From an uncultured Chitinophagales bacterium (GTDB lineage Bacteria; Bacteroidota; Bacteroidia; Chitinophagales; BACL12), in assembly GCA_964429745.1 (NCBI GenBank), contig CAYSDI010000003.1, positions 16,958 to 66,802 of the forward strand: DNA of 49,845 nucleotides. Direction: 5' to 3'. The notes under the pieces were generated by a model that ran no database searches, was not told the DNA's origin, and saw only the letters and a list, made by a program, of their open reading frames with translations. Made by a program: the position numbers and the translations under genes. This document shows positions 8,448 through 19,351 of this stretch, piece after piece; position 1 is the stretch's first letter; each line of letters starts with the position of its first letter.

Positions 8448-9895
8448 AGCTTGAGCGATGAGGTTGTGCCGGGTTTGACTTCAAACTCACGCGTTTGAGT
8501 CGATCGCATAGACCTGTTCTGCTTGGCGCGGTATACGACCTGATAGAGACCAGGTTGCAAAGCAATGGTTTCGTTCCTCGGCAGCGGGTTGAGCTGAAAC
8601 ACTTCCTCCCGCTCCCCATCTACCGCGGTAAAGACGCTCCCTATCAATTCGTGGGCATGCACGAAGGTGACATACCCCGGTGCGGGAATCTCAAACGTGG
8701 TGATTTTATCCTGTTCCAACGCAATGCCCCGAATGACCAACCGGGGCAAAGTCAAAATCTCCAGATCGTACTTGCCGGTCAGGTAGCGCTGTTCGGAATT
8801 GAAGTCCTGGACGTTGAGCGTTTCGCGGCTTCCTGTTTGGTACACCAAAGCCTGGAGGCGGTAGCTGAACGTATTGCCTAAGGTGCCCAAGCGCAAAGTA
8901 CCTTGTGCTGCCGGCACTTTAACCACGTTGTATTGGTTGCTTTCAATCAGCACCTTGTCTACCGAAACCGGAGGAATGGAATGCACGACCAGGTGGTAGT
9001 CCAGAATCGGATCAACGTACACGGTATCCGGCTCACCGCGGTCGTTGAGAGTGTGGTAAAAATTGTAGCGAAGCTTACCGCCCGGCAATCCATAAAAACT
9101 CATGTTCAGGTCCGTCTCCAGCGGACGCTGAGCTTCGTCCAGCAAATCCACCCGCAGCACCGTGCGGCTCAGCACCTTTTGCAACACGCGCTCCATAACC
9201 CGGTCCAGGTCAGCGCGGGCCCCGGCATTGTAGAAATCACCGATGCAGGAAAACACCCCGTGCGTCTCCGGCTCCATGGCCAGACCGATCACAAACGCGC
9301 GCAACAGCACGTTTTTGCTGCGCAATAATTCAATTTCGTAGCAAGGATCCCTGTTGCAGCTCTCCACCCCATCGGTAATCATGATGATGATGTTCCGGCT
9401 GTCGGGATCTTCAGGGAAATCTTTGGCACTCTGAGCCAGCGCAAAGGCAATCGGCGTGATGCCTTTGGGCTTGACTTCGTTCATTTTGGTCTTTACAGCC
9501 TGGTGGTTCCCCTCCCGAAAGCCCACCTCCAGCCGCGAATCCTGGCAATTGTATTCACTTTGGTAACTCAAATGGCCGTAAAGCCGCAGCCCGATCTCCA
9601 GGTTGTCCACCTGGCTCAACGTGTCCACAATCTTGCTGATTACTTCCCGCGCCGCAGCCATTTTAGTCCCCGTTCCCCAGATATCGGTCATGCTCCGACT
9701 GGCGTCTACCAGGAACAAAATGCGCGTCGTCGGCGGCTTAGATGCCGGTACTTCACCAACCGGTTGCGCAAACAGCCCGCCAGCAGCTCCCAGGCCAACG
9801 ACCAGGGCCAGTGAGACAAAGCAAGTTTTGCGGTATCGGTTTAAGGCATTCAACGGGGGAAGGGTTTCTGTCCGGCTGGCAACAGCGCCGGTCAT
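8444..9895 (-). CDS. Secreted von Willebrand factor A (VWA) domain protein
   Basis: Signal peptide ending GLFA-Q; RILFLVDASRSM (MIDAS DxSxS), KGITPI and ITDGVESC; beta-rich C-terminal half. Confidence 0.88.
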   Translation of the reverse strand: MTGAVASRTETLPPLNALNRYRKTCFVSLALVVGLGAAGGLFAQPVGEVPASKPPTTRILFLVDASRSMTDIWGTGTKMAAAREVISKIVDTLSQVDNLEIGLRLYGHLSYQSEYNCQDSRLEVGFREGNHQAVKTKMNEVKPKGITPIAFALAQSAKDFPEDPDSRNIIIMITDGVESCNRDPCYEIELLRSKNVLLRAFVIGLAMEPETHGVFSCIGDFYNAGARADLDRVMERVLQKVLSRTVLRVDLLDEAQRPLETDLNMSFYGLPGGKLRYNFYHTLNDRGEPDTVYVDPILDYHLVVHSIPPVSVDKVLIESNQYNVVKVPAAQGTLRLGTLGNTFSYRLQALVYQTGSRETLNVQDFNSEQRYLTGKYDLEILTLPRLVIRGIALEQDKITTFEIPAPGYVTFVHAHELIGSVFTAVDGEREEVFQLNPLPRNETIALQPGLYQVVYRAKQNRSMRSTQTREFEVKPGTTSSLKL

Positions 9896-11319
9896 TCCAA
9901 GCGAACGGTGGTGCTTTTGGCGGGATAAATCACGGCAAGAACCTCACGGGTATTGTCAATTTTCTTATTCCTGGACGGGCGAAAGACCAACAGGTATTCG
10001 CCGGGCTGAAGGTCCAGGACTTCGCGACCGCTAAACGCACGCCACTCGTAGACCCGAACCAATTCCTGCTGCCGCTTGATGAACACCCCCAAAATTCCGG
10101 GCTCGTTGGTCTGAACCAGCAGCCGGCCCGAAGCGGGCACAACGTAGGGGTTCACCTGACCGGGCAAAATGGGAAAGTCGTCCATTTCAATGCGGGGAAG
10201 CGTCAGGATTTCAAGATTGTAACTGCCCGCGAGGTAGCGGTGCAGGGTGTTGAAATTCTGGACGTACAGGATTTCGTGCGTTTCCGGATCCCGGACCAGG
10301 CATTTGAGGTCGGTAAAACCGGGATTGCCTTCAACCTGGAGCACCAGGTCGCCTTGGGGAACGTCAAGCGCAATGATGTTGTGGCGGCCGGCCACCAATT
10401 CCACGTTCTGCCGGCGAACCGGCGGAGTAGTGTGCGCATCGATGTTGTATTTGCCCACCGGATCCAGGTAAAGCGTGTCGGGGGCACCGCTGCGCAAGGT
10501 GGTGTGCACCAGGTTGTACAAGTCCTGGCCCGTGTATGCATCGTAGAACGTCAGTTCCACGTCTGATTCCGCGGCTCGGCCAAGGTGATCCAACAGGTTA
10601 ACCTGAACAGTAGTGTTGCGCAGCGCCTGCGAGATGACCACCCCCAGCGCTTCCTGAAAGCGCACAGGATCGGCCGCATCGTAATAATCGCCGACACAAT
10701 CAAAGGCAGCCTGTTCGGTGGGATCCAAGCCCAGCCCAATGATGTAGGGTTTTAGCGAAATACGTCGGTTGCGCAGGGCCTCAGAGCTGGCACAGGGGTC
10801 GCCGGAGCAACTTTCCTCACCATCTGTAATGAGGACGATGGCGTTGACGGCGTCACTTGACCCTGAAAAATCGTGGGCGGCTAAAAACAGGGAGTAGGCA
10901 ATAGGGGTATACCCTTTGGGTTCAATGCGGTCCAGCGCGGCCCGGACTTCTGCGGCATTGTTGCGCCCAAAAGGCACCTCCAGGCGGGAATCTTCGCAGT
11001 TTTTGAGTTCGCGCGGGCTCTGGTGCCCAAAAACCCGCAAGCCAAATTCAATGGGTTTGTTCTGCCGGTTGATGGAGTCAATGGCCTTTTCCAGCAGCTC
11101 CCGGGCCACCTCAAACTTGGTCCGGCCCTCCCAGGTTTCTTTCATGCTCCCCGAACCGTCCAACAAAAACAGGATGCGGGTGGTTTCCGGCTCGTAGAAT
11201 TTTTCGGTCGCCGGGTAGGTGGGCGCTGTCTGAGCATGAAGGCCTGACCACGCTGTGCCGACCAGACTCAGCAGAATAAAAACGATGCTATGGTTTTTGA
11301 GCCTGCGAATAATGGGCAG
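9892..11319 (-). CDS. Secreted VWA domain protein, paralogue of 8444-9895; probable non-canonical (CTG/ATT) start
   Basis: RILFLLDGSGSM, KGYTPI and ITDGEESC. The frame stays open upstream of the track's TTG (11166) to a TAA at 11328-11326 and encodes a signal peptide LPIIRRLKNHSIVFILLSLVGTAWSGLHA-Q. Confidence 0.82.
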   Translation of the reverse strand: MPIIRRLKNHSIVFILLSLVGTAWSGLHAQTAPTYPATEKFYEPETTRILFLLDGSGSMKETWEGRTKFEVARELLEKAIDSINRQNKPIEFGLRVFGHQSPRELKNCEDSRLEVPFGRNNAAEVRAALDRIEPKGYTPIAYSLFLAAHDFSGSSDAVNAIVLITDGEESCSGDPCASSEALRNRRISLKPYIIGLGLDPTEQAAFDCVGDYYDAADPVRFQEALGVVISQALRNTTVQVNLLDHLGRAAESDVELTFYDAYTGQDLYNLVHTTLRSGAPDTLYLDPVGKYNIDAHTTPPVRRQNVELVAGRHNIIALDVPQGDLVLQVEGNPGFTDLKCLVRDPETHEILYVQNFNTLHRYLAGSYNLEILTLPRIEMDDFPILPGQVNPYVVPASGRLLVQTNEPGILGVFIKRQQELVRVYEWRAFSGREVLDLQPGEYLLVFRPSRNKKIDNTREVLAVIYPAKSTTVRLE

Positions 11320-11385
11320 TGTAGGTTAAAATACGGAGAAAGCACGGTCAATTCCGGGCGAAGGGCACCGAATCTGGCCACGGCC

Positions 11386-12228
11386 TCAGTAGTCGCCGAG
11401 GGTCTCCTCCAACTGGGACAGCGCCGAGGCCAACTGTTTGTCGTTGGGCGCAATGCCGTGCCATTCGTGAGTTCCCTCCATGAAATCGACGCCCTTGCCC
11501 ATGGCGGTGCGCATCAGAATAATCTGGGGCACACCCTGGCCCGAATTGGCCTTGGCCTGCTTTAACGTGCCAACCACTTCGCTCATTTCATTGCCTTCCA
11601 TTTCCAGCACGGTCCACCCAAAGGCCTCCCATTTGGCGCGCAGGTCGCCCAGGCTGAGCACTTTTGCTGTGGGGCCGTCAATTTGCTGGCCGTTCCAGTC
11701 TACCGTGGCGATGAGGTTGTCCACTTTGTTGTGGGGAGCAAACATGGCCGCTTCCCAAATCTGGCCCTCCTGAAGTTCGCCGTCGCCGTGCAGCGTCCAA
11801 ACCAAGTGGTCATCGCCGTTCATTTTCTTGGCCAACGCAGCTCCGATGGCCACGCTCAGCCCCTGACCCAGCGAACCGGAGGCCACGCGAATACCCGGAA
11901 GACCTTCGTGGGTGGTTGGATGGCCCTGTAACCGGGAATTAAGCTTGCGGAAACTGGCCAATTCGGCCACGGGAAAGTACCCGCTGCGGGCCAGGGTACT
12001 GTAAAAGACCGGAGAAATATGGCCGTTAGACAGAAAAAAGAGGTCTTCTCCTGCCCCATCCATGTCAAAACCGGGCTTGCGGTCCATCACCTCAAAATAG
12101 AGCGCGGTGAAGTAGTCCGTACAGCCAAGCGAACCGCCTGGATGCCCGCTCTGGCAGGCGTGTACCATTCGGACAATATCGCGCCGGATTTGGCTGGCCA
12201 GCCGCTGCAGTTCGTCAATAGATGCCAT
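11386..12228 (-). CDS. tkt: Transketolase, N-terminal (TPP-binding) subunit
   Basis: SGHPGGSL, LSNGH, LQGHP, SGSLGQG and GDGELQEGQIWEA...N (TPP motif); start MASIDEL at 12228. Confidence 0.94.
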   Translation of the reverse strand: MASIDELQRLASQIRRDIVRMVHACQSGHPGGSLGCTDYFTALYFEVMDRKPGFDMDGAGEDLFFLSNGHISPVFYSTLARSGYFPVAELASFRKLNSRLQGHPTTHEGLPGIRVASGSLGQGLSVAIGAALAKKMNGDDHLVWTLHGDGELQEGQIWEAAMFAPHNKVDNLIATVDWNGQQIDGPTAKVLSLGDLRAKWEAFGWTVLEMEGNEMSEVVGTLKQAKANSGQGVPQIILMRTAMGKGVDFMEGTHEWHGIAPNDKQLASALSQLEETLGDY

Positions 12229-12298
12229 GGCGCGAAGATAGGGTTGCGGCCCGGCAAGGGAAAACAAACAATCCCCAACAGCGTCCTATATTCGCGGC
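12229..12298. promoter_or_regulatory. Back-to-back divergent promoters, each -7 element 4 nt from its ATG
   Basis: Minus strand: TATCTTCG-CGCC-ATG (12240-12226). Plus strand: TATATTCG-CGGC-ATG (12287-12301). Confidence 0.65.
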
Positions 12299-13135
12299 AT
12301 GAGCCGCAGATTCCTTTCCACAATAGCGCTTGTTGCCTGGGTAGCTGTCCTGGGAAGCGCGGCTGGTTGCAAAAACTCCCCCAAGTTCGAAGGGCCCCAA
12401 CTCATGCGCTGGGACTTTTCTGAAGCCTCTACCCGTTCCTACGCTTTTGAACAGCGTTCGGAATCCTACTCGGTGATGGCGATGATGATGCCCGACGGAA
12501 CGCCAATGGCTGATACCTCCCAGTACAAAACCATCTCAACGGCTGACCTGCGGGTGATTTCGGCTGGCGGAGGAACGGCCAACATGACCCTGGAAGGCAT
12601 GTCCATGCGGGCCTTTCAATACAACCCCCATACCGGGGTGCTGATGGACTCCATGACCGAAGATATGGACCCCATTACCGTGGAAAACCTGGCGGAAACC
12701 GGCAAACCCGATTCCACCGATCAACAGACGCAGCAGTTATTTGACTACCTCTTTCCCCTTCCCGTTGATCAATTGTCGGTGGGCGAAACGGAGGAGCGGG
12801 GCCTGGAAGTTCCGTTTAATACCCTCGGCTCCGTGTTGCCGGTAGGTGGCACCGTCAAAACCACCTTTACCGAAATTACCCAGCACCAGAACCGAACCTG
12901 CGCGCGCCTCGACACGGAGTTGCTCCTGGACCGGGTTGACCTTCCCCAGGACATGCCTGGCGAATACCTGTTCAAGCGTTCGGGCACCTCAACCTTTTAT
13001 TTTGACCTGCAAAAACGGGAGTTTGTTTCTGGCGAAGTGTCGATTACCAGCACGGTAATTATGGATGCCGGCATGGAGAACGGCATTTTTAACATCGAAA
13101 GCACCGACACCTTCACGCTCCAATTGGCGGAATAA
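12299..13135 (+). CDS. Hypothetical lipoprotein
   Basis: Lipobox SAAG-C after a hydrophobic stretch; beta-rich body (GTSTFYFDLQKREFVSG); 278 aa. Confidence 0.75.
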   Translation: MSRRFLSTIALVAWVAVLGSAAGCKNSPKFEGPQLMRWDFSEASTRSYAFEQRSESYSVMAMMMPDGTPMADTSQYKTISTADLRVISAGGGTANMTLEGMSMRAFQYNPHTGVLMDSMTEDMDPITVENLAETGKPDSTDQQTQQLFDYLFPLPVDQLSVGETEERGLEVPFNTLGSVLPVGGTVKTTFTEITQHQNRTCARLDTELLLDRVDLPQDMPGEYLFKRSGTSTFYFDLQKREFVSGEVSITSTVIMDAGMENGIFNIESTDTFTLQLAE

Positions 13136-13370
13136 GGCCTTTATGGCGGCGGGACCACCTGCTTCAAGGCCAGGTCAACGTTTTCTTTATCAGCAGGTTA
13201 TGATTGTGTTAAGGGGTTGACCGCAGGCAACCCCAGCGTTGGCTTTTTCGTATCTTTGAAGGAGTGCCTTTCCCGAGCCTTGCAGGCTTTGCTTTTTTGC
13301 TTCGCTTTCTTTTCCTCCTCTCTTCTCCTGTCACCGGCCATGCCACCGGAACTGACCCCCGGATTCTATC

Positions 13371-16300
13371 ATGAGCACCAACGACGTTTATCAACCCGCC
13401 CATCCCGTCCGCATTGTCACCGCTGCCAGTTTGTTCGACGGCCACGATGCGGCCATCAACATCATGCGCCGAATCATCCAGGCCAGTGGCTGCGAAGTCA
13501 TTCACCTGGGGCATGACCGAAGCGTAGAGGATGTGGTCAACACCGCCATTCAGGAAGACGTTCAAGCCATTGCGATCACCTCTTACCAGGGGGGGCACAA
13601 CGAGTACTTCAAGTACATGGTTGACCTGCTCAAAGAAAAAGGGGCCGGTCACATCCGTGTTTTCGGGGGAGGGGGCGGTGTCATTCTGCCCGACGAAATC
13701 CGCGACTTGCACGCGTACGGTGTCAGCCGCATTTACTCGCCCGACGACGGGCGGGAAATGGGCCTGCAGGGAATGATCAACGACCTGATCAAAAAAAGTG
13801 ATTTCCCGCTCGGCCAGTCCGTGAACGGCGAAATCGGCAAACTGAAAACCCGCGATGCCGGCAGCATTGCCCGATTGATCTCGGCCGCTGAAAACTTTCC
13901 GGACCTGGCTGAACCGCACCTCAGGCAGATTCGCGAAACAGCCGCACTGACCACCATCCCCGTGCTTGGCATTACCGGCACAGGGGGCGCGGGAAAAAGC
14001 TCGCTGGTAGACGAACTGGTGCGGCGCTTCCTTATGGACTTTCCGGATAAATACATCGGCATTGTTTCGGTTGATCCGTCCAAACGCAAAACAGGAGGCG
14101 CGCTGCTCGGCGACCGCATCCGGATGAACGCCATTAACAACCCACGGGTTTACATGCGCTCGCTGGCCACGCGCCAGGCCAACCTGGCCCTGTCCAAACA
14201 TGTCGGCGACGCGGTGGCCATTCTGAAAGCCGCCCATTTCGACCTGATTATTCTGGAAACTTCCGGCATCGGGCAAAGCGACACGGAGATCACCGAATAC
14301 GCCGATCTGAGCCTGTACGTCATGACCCCGGAATACGGGGCCGCCACCCAGTTAGAGAAAATTGACATGCTCGATTTCGCAGACCTGGTGGCCCTCAACA
14401 AGTTCGACAAACGCGGGGCCCTCGACGCCCTGCGCGACGTGCGCAAGCAAGTGCAGCGCAACCGCAAACATTTTGAAAGAAACGTAGACGAAATGCCCGT
14501 TTTTGGCACCATCGCCAGCCAGTTCAACGATCCGGGCACCAACACGCTCTACAAATCGCTGATGCTGGTGCTTCAGGAAAAGGGGTTCGAAGGGCTTCCG
14601 TCTCATTTCACCGCTCCGGAAGAAATGAGCGAGAAGGTGTTCATCATCCCGCCCAAGCGCGTGCGCTATTTGGCAGAAATCAGCGAAGGCATCCGTCAGT
14701 ACAACCTGAGGGCGCTGGATCAACGCCATGTGGCCCAGCGACTTTACGCGCTGGACCAGGCCATGGAAGCGCTGCGCGAACGCGGCGCTGACCAAAACGC
14801 ACTCACGGCCTTGCAGGCAGCCCGCGATCAGACTGCACTGGAATTCGACCCGAAAAACCAGGCCATGCTGGACCGCTGGCCCAGCCTGATCAAGCGTTTC
14901 AGCGATCCCGAGTTTACGTTTAAAGTGCGCGACCAGCAACTGGTGGTGGAGACCCACACGGTGTCGTTGTCTAACCAGCGCATTCCGCGCGTCAGCCTGC
15001 CGCGTTACGAGGCCTGGGGCGATCTGTTGTACTGGATGCTGCAGGAAAATGTGCCGGGACTTTTCCCGTATACCGCCGGCATCTATCCGTTTAAGCGCGA
15101 AGGGGAGGATCCCACGCGCATGTTTGCGGGGGAGGGGGGACCGGAGCGCACCAACCGCAGGTTTCATTACGTCAGCCTGGGCATGCCGGCCAAGCGCTTG
15201 TCCACCGCCTTTGACTCGGTGACGCTGTACGGCCACGATCCGGATTACCGCCCGGATATTTACGGCAAGATCGGCAACTCCGGGGTATCCATCTGTTGCC
15301 TGGACGACGCCAAGCGGCTGTACTCGGGTTTTGATTTGTCCGACGCAAAGACCAGTGTGTCGATGACCATCAACGGGCCAGCGCCAATGATTCTGGCCTT
15401 CTTTCTCAATGCCGCCATCGACCAGCAGTGCGGCAAGTACATTCTGCAAAACGGGCTGGAGCACCAGGTCAACGAAAGAATCAAAGCCCTTTACGCCGAA
15501 AAAGGTATGACGCGTCCCGAGTACGCCGGTGAGCTTCCGGTAGGGCACAACAAGCTGGGTTTGCACCTTTTAGGTGTGAGCGGCAGCGAAGTCCTTCCCT
15601 CAGAAATTTACGAGGAGATCAAACAGCGCACGATGGCGTCTGTGCGCGGAACCGTCCAGGCGGACATCCTCAAAGAAGACCAGGCGCAAAACACCTGCAT
15701 TTTCAGCACAGAATTTGCGCTGCGGCTGATGGGCGATGTGCAGGCGTATTTCATTGAGAACAACATCCGTAATTTTTATTCTGTTTCGATTTCCGGTTAC
15801 CACATTGCCGAAGCGGGCGCCAACCCCATCACACAATTGGCCTTTACGCTGGCCAATGGGTTCACGTATGTAGAATACTACCTGAGCCGGGATATGGACA
15901 TCAACGCGTTTGGTCCCAACCTGAGCTTTTTCTTCTCTAACGGGCTTGACCCGGAATACGCCGTCATTGGCCGGGTGGCCCGTCGCATCTGGGCCAAGGC
16001 CATGAAAAATCGCTACGGGGCCGACGACCGAACCTGCAAACTCAAGTACCATATTCAAACCTCTGGTCGTTCTTTGCACGCCCAGGAAATTGATTTTAAC
16101 GACATCCGCACTACGTTGCAGGCTCTCTACGCTATTTACGACAACTGCAACAGCCTGCACACCAACGCTTATGACGAGGCCATCACCACGCCCACAGAAG
16201 GCAGCGTGCGCCGCGCCATGGCCATTCAGCTCATCATCAACCAGGAGTTGGGATTGGCCCGCAACGAAAACCCAATGCAGGGCAGTTTCATTACCGAACA

Positions 16301-16745
16301 TTTAACGGATTTGGTAGAAGAAGCTGTGCTGTTGGAATTTGATCGCATTACGGAGCGCGGCGGCGTTCTCGGGGCTATGGAGACCATGTACCAGCGCGGC
16401 AAAATCCAGGAGGAAAGCCTGCACTACGAAACACTCAAGCACACCGGTGAACTGCCCATCATTGGGGTCAATACATTCCTGAGCGACAAAGGCTCGCCTA
16501 CCATCATTCCCGATGAAGTGATTCGCGCCACGGAAGCTGAAAAACGCAACCAGATCACGACGCTGCGCAACCTGCAACAGTTCCGCGCCGACCGCTCAGA
16601 AGCCTCGCTCAAGGCGCTGCAAACGGCGGCCATTCACAACGAGAACATTTTTGAAGTGATTATGGAAGCGGCCAAATACTGCTCGCTGGGGCAAATGACT
16701 GCCGCCTTGTTTGAGGTTGGAGGGCAGTACCGTCGCAACATGTAA
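13371..16745 (+). CDS. icmF: Fused isobutyryl-CoA mutase / MeaB-type GTPase chaperone (B12-dependent)
   Basis: N-terminal B12-binding domain ([12 protein letters not shown]), P-loop GTGGAGKS and NKFD, mutase domain [11 protein letters not shown] ... [13 protein letters not shown]-terminus GGQYRRNM. Confidence 0.95.
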   Translation: MSTNDVYQPAHPVRIVTAASLFDGHDAAINIMRRIIQASGCEVIHLGHDRSVEDVVNTAIQEDVQAIAITSYQGGHNEYFKYMVDLLKEKGAGHIRVFGGGGGVILPDEIRDLHAYGVSRIYSPDDGREMGLQGMINDLIKKSDFPLGQSVNGEIGKLKTRDAGSIARLISAAENFPDLAEPHLRQIRETAALTTIPVLGITGTGGAGKSSLVDELVRRFLMDFPDKYIGIVSVDPSKRKTGGALLGDRIRMNAINNPRVYMRSLATRQANLALSKHVGDAVAILKAAHFDLIILETSGIGQSDTEITEYADLSLYVMTPEYGAATQLEKIDMLDFADLVALNKFDKRGALDALRDVRKQVQRNRKHFERNVDEMPVFGTIASQFNDPGTNTLYKSLMLVLQEKGFEGLPSHFTAPEEMSEKVFIIPPKRVRYLAEISEGIRQYNLRALDQRHVAQRLYALDQAMEALRERGADQNALTALQAARDQTALEFDPKNQAMLDRWPSLIKRFSDPEFTFKVRDQQLVVETHTVSLSNQRIPRVSLPRYEAWGDLLYWMLQENVPGLFPYTAGIYPFKREGEDPTRMFAGEGGPERTNRRFHYVSLGMPAKRLSTAFDSVTLYGHDPDYRPDIYGKIGNSGVSICCLDDAKRLYSGFDLSDAKTSVSMTINGPAPMILAFFLNAAIDQQCGKYILQNGLEHQVNERIKALYAEKGMTRPEYAGELPVGHNKLGLHLLGVSGSEVLPSEIYEEIKQRTMASVRGTVQADILKEDQAQNTCIFSTEFALRLMGDVQAYFIENNIRNFYSVSISGYHIAEAGANPITQLAFTLANGFTYVEYYLSRDMDINAFGPNLSFFFSNGLDPEYAVIGRVARRIWAKAMKNRYGADDRTCKLKYHIQTSGRSLHAQEIDFNDIRTTLQALYAIYDNCNSLHTNAYDEAITTPTEGSVRRAMAIQLIINQELGLARNENPMQGSFITEHLTDLVEEAVLLEFDRITERGGVLGAMETMYQRGKIQEESLHYETLKHTGELPIIGVNTFLSDKGSPTIIPDEVIRATEAEKRNQITTLRNLQQFRADRSEASLKALQTAAIHNENIFEVIMEAAKYCSLGQMTAALFEVGGQYRRNM

Positions 16746-17239
16746 TGCCGGAGGAGTTAATCTGGACGACGCCTCTTGGGGTTGTTCTTGCGCGAGCGTA
16801 CAACGGCAAACTCGGGGGCTTGACTTTTCTGGATGAGGGCCAGCAGTTGAACGCTGAAACAGAAGTATCGGAACATCAGGCCTCGAATAAAGCCGTGCTT
16901 GCTCTTACCCGACAACAACTCAGCGAGTATTTCGCCCGCCAGCGCCAGGCTTTTTCCGTGCCCTTGCACCTGGAGGGAACCCCTTTTCAGCAATCCGTGT
17001 GGCAGGCTTTGCAATCCATACCTTACGGCCATACCCGAAGCTACCAGGAGCAGGCGCAGCAGATGCGCCAGGCGTCTGCCATCCGAGCCATCGCAGCGGC
17101 CAATGGGCGCAATCCTATAGCGGTGTTGGTGCCTTGCCACCGGGTGTTGGGGGCGGGGGGAAAATTGACCGGCTACAGTGGCGGCCTCTGGCGCAAACAA
17201 GCCCTTCTGGACCTGGAACGGCCGGGGTTGTTCGGGTAG
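16745..17239 (+). CDS. ogt: Methylated-DNA-[protein]-cysteine S-methyltransferase
   Basis: GTPFQQSVW, IPYG, PCHRV active site, LTGYSGG; TAATG overlap with icmF. Confidence 0.93.
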   Translation: MPEELIWTTPLGVVLARAYNGKLGGLTFLDEGQQLNAETEVSEHQASNKAVLALTRQQLSEYFARQRQAFSVPLHLEGTPFQQSVWQALQSIPYGHTRSYQEQAQQMRQASAIRAIAAANGRNPIAVLVPCHRVLGAGGKLTGYSGGLWRKQALLDLERPGLFG

Positions 17240-17368
17240 TACGCGGTAGCGGTAGGCAATGGTGTCCGTAAGGTTCAGCCTGGCCGGTGGCCGTTGCTTA
17301 AAAGTGTTCCGGGCCGATTTAGAAAACCCTCGGATCAAGCCGCCGGATTCACCTTACTTTTGGGAATT

Positions 17369-19351
17369 ATGAAACGCGTTCCCGCTCTCCCAATTCTGCG
17401 TTTATGGTTATTGATTGGCGCATTCCTTTCTACCGCCGCTGCCTCACAGAGCCAAGTTGTTCAGTTTGATGCTGATCCAGCAATATCACCTCTGGATGTG
17501 CACCTGCTGGAAGGCCGTGCCGCAAGTGGCCCGGTGTCCGATCAGCGCGCGCGCCGACAGGCCATGGCCACCGCTTTTGCGCCATTTTTGCACGGTGTTG
17601 CTTCAGGTGATCCGCTGCCGGACGGGGTTATTCTCTGGACCCGTGTAACGCCCGAAAGCCCTTCGCCCGAACCCATTGAAGTGCGCTGGCGCATGGCGCT
17701 CACGGCCTCCATGAGTCCTGTGCTGGCAGAAGGGACCAGTATGGCCAACGATGATCGCGACTACACGGTCAAAGTAGACGTGCGCGGTCTGTTGCCCAAC
17801 CAACATTACTACTACCAGTTTGAAGCGCTCGGGCGCAAATCCGTGATTGGGCGAACGCGCACCGGCACAACGGGCAGCCTGGATCGGTTGCGGCTGGCAG
17901 CGGTGTCTTGCTCCGATTACCGCGCGGGGTATTTTCACGCCTACGCTCGTTTGGCAGCCCGGAACGATCTGGCCCTGATCCTGCATCTGGGTGATTATTT
18001 CTACGAAGGCGGCGGCGGTCCGGATGACCGCACGCACGAACCCGATGCGGAGATCTACCGGTTGCAGGACTACCGCGCGCGCTATTCGCAATACCACCTT
18101 GATCCGGATTTGCAGCGAGTGCACCAGGTGCATCCTTTCTCCACCATTTGGGACGACCACGACATTGTCGTCGACGCCTTGCGCGACACCAGTCTGCGGC
18201 ACGACGAAGAATTCGGCAGCTACCGCGACCGCAAGTGGGCCGCCATAAAAGCCGCGTATGAGTGGCTGCCTTTGCGCGAAGATCCTGTTGATTCGCTGCG
18301 CATCTGGCGCTCCCTGCCCTACGGCGATCTGGCAGAAGTTTTCTTACTGGACACGCGATTGTACGACCGCGATCGTTTTGCCACTGATGCCAGCGATCCA
18401 ATTTACCAAAGCCCTGATCACCGCCTCCTTGGACCGGCGCAAATGGCGTGGCTGCAGAGCGGCCTGGCCGCGTCAACAGGCCGCTGGAAAGTGCTGGCCA
18501 ACCAGGTCATGATGGGACACCTCTCCGCCCTGGAAGATGACCCGGTCATCTTTGAAAACTGGGCAGGCTACACCGCAGAACGGGATGCGCTTTACGCTTA
18601 TCTTGATGACAATAACATAACTAATACTGTGGTTGTAACCGGTGATTTTCACGTGTCTATGGCGCTGGATTTAGCCCCTAACCCGCGGCTTCCGGAGAAT
18701 TACAACCCCGAAACTGGCGAAGGTTCGCTGGCCGTTGAATTTCTGGTGCCCAGCGTGACCGGTGAAAATTTTGACGAAGGGGAGACCTACGGTTTTAGCA
18801 ACTCCGCATCCGCTTCGTTCCTGATTTCACAAGCCAACAAGCACATCAAGTGGAGCGAACTGGACGGACATGGCTACGTGCTGCTTGACCTCAACGCCGA
18901 TCGCGCCCAGGCAGAATTCTGGCACCTGGAGGACATCAGCGACCCGGACAATACCATAGAAAATGCTGTGTTATTGTGGGAAACACTGACCGGCACGCAG
19001 CGAATCCAGCGCAGTTTTACGCCTTCCGCACCGATCGAAGGCCTGCCCCCCCTCCCCCCGCTCGACACGACAGCCGCATCCCCGGCCAGCGGCAACGTGC
19101 TGTTGAGTGCAGGACCTAATCCCTTTGAAACATCGTTTAGTGCTAACCTCTTGCTGAGCGCCGAGGCATCGGTGGAATGGTCTGTGTACAATGCGGCAGG
19201 GTTGCGGGTAGCGCACGCCCCTGCACAAACTCTGGCCGCCGGGAACTACCTGATTCGCCAGGCAGCCGAGACCTGGACCCCGGGCTTGTACATCCTGGAT
19301 TTGGCATTAGACGGAGAACGCGTGCAACGCAAGTTGTGGAAAGCGCGCTGA
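17369..19351 (+). CDS. phoD: Alkaline phosphatase D with T9SS type-A C-terminal domain
   Basis: FLHGVASGDP, VILWTR, AVSCS, HLGDYFYE, WDDHD, LLDTR, TGDFH; C-terminal domain PNPF ... YNAAG ... PGLYIL ... KLWK; start MKRVP at 17369. Confidence 0.92.
   Translation: MKRVPALPILRLWLLIGAFLSTAAASQSQVVQFDADPAISPLDVHLLEGRAASGPVSDQRARRQAMATAFAPFLHGVASGDPLPDGVILWTRVTPESPSPEPIEVRWRMALTASMSPVLAEGTSMANDDRDYTVKVDVRGLLPNQHYYYQFEALGRKSVIGRTRTGTTGSLDRLRLAAVSCSDYRAGYFHAYARLAARNDLALILHLGDYFYEGGGGPDDRTHEPDAEIYRLQDYRARYSQYHLDPDLQRVHQVHPFSTIWDDHDIVVDALRDTSLRHDEEFGSYRDRKWAAIKAAYEWLPLREDPVDSLRIWRSLPYGDLAEVFLLDTRLYDRDRFATDASDPIYQSPDHRLLGPAQMAWLQSGLAASTGRWKVLANQVMMGHLSALEDDPVIFENWAGYTAERDALYAYLDDNNITNTVVVTGDFHVSMALDLAPNPRLPENYNPETGEGSLAVEFLVPSVTGENFDEGETYGFSNSASASFLISQANKHIKWSELDGHGYVLLDLNADRAQAEFWHLEDISDPDNTIENAVLLWETLTGTQRIQRSFTPSAPIEGLPPLPPLDTTAASPASGNVLLSAGPNPFETSFSANLLLSAEASVEWSVYNAAGLRVAHAPAQTLAAGNYLIRQAAETWTPGLYILDLALDGERVQRKLWKAR

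Noticed and set aside
13136-13370. Cobalamin riboswitch upstream of the B12-dependent icmF
   Set aside because: I could not find the conserved GGGAA/B12-box elements in the expected arrangement.
13209-16301. Long minus-strand ORFs (355, 404 and 233 aa) opposite icmF
   Set aside because: Typical antisense open frames of a GC-rich, codon-biased gene.
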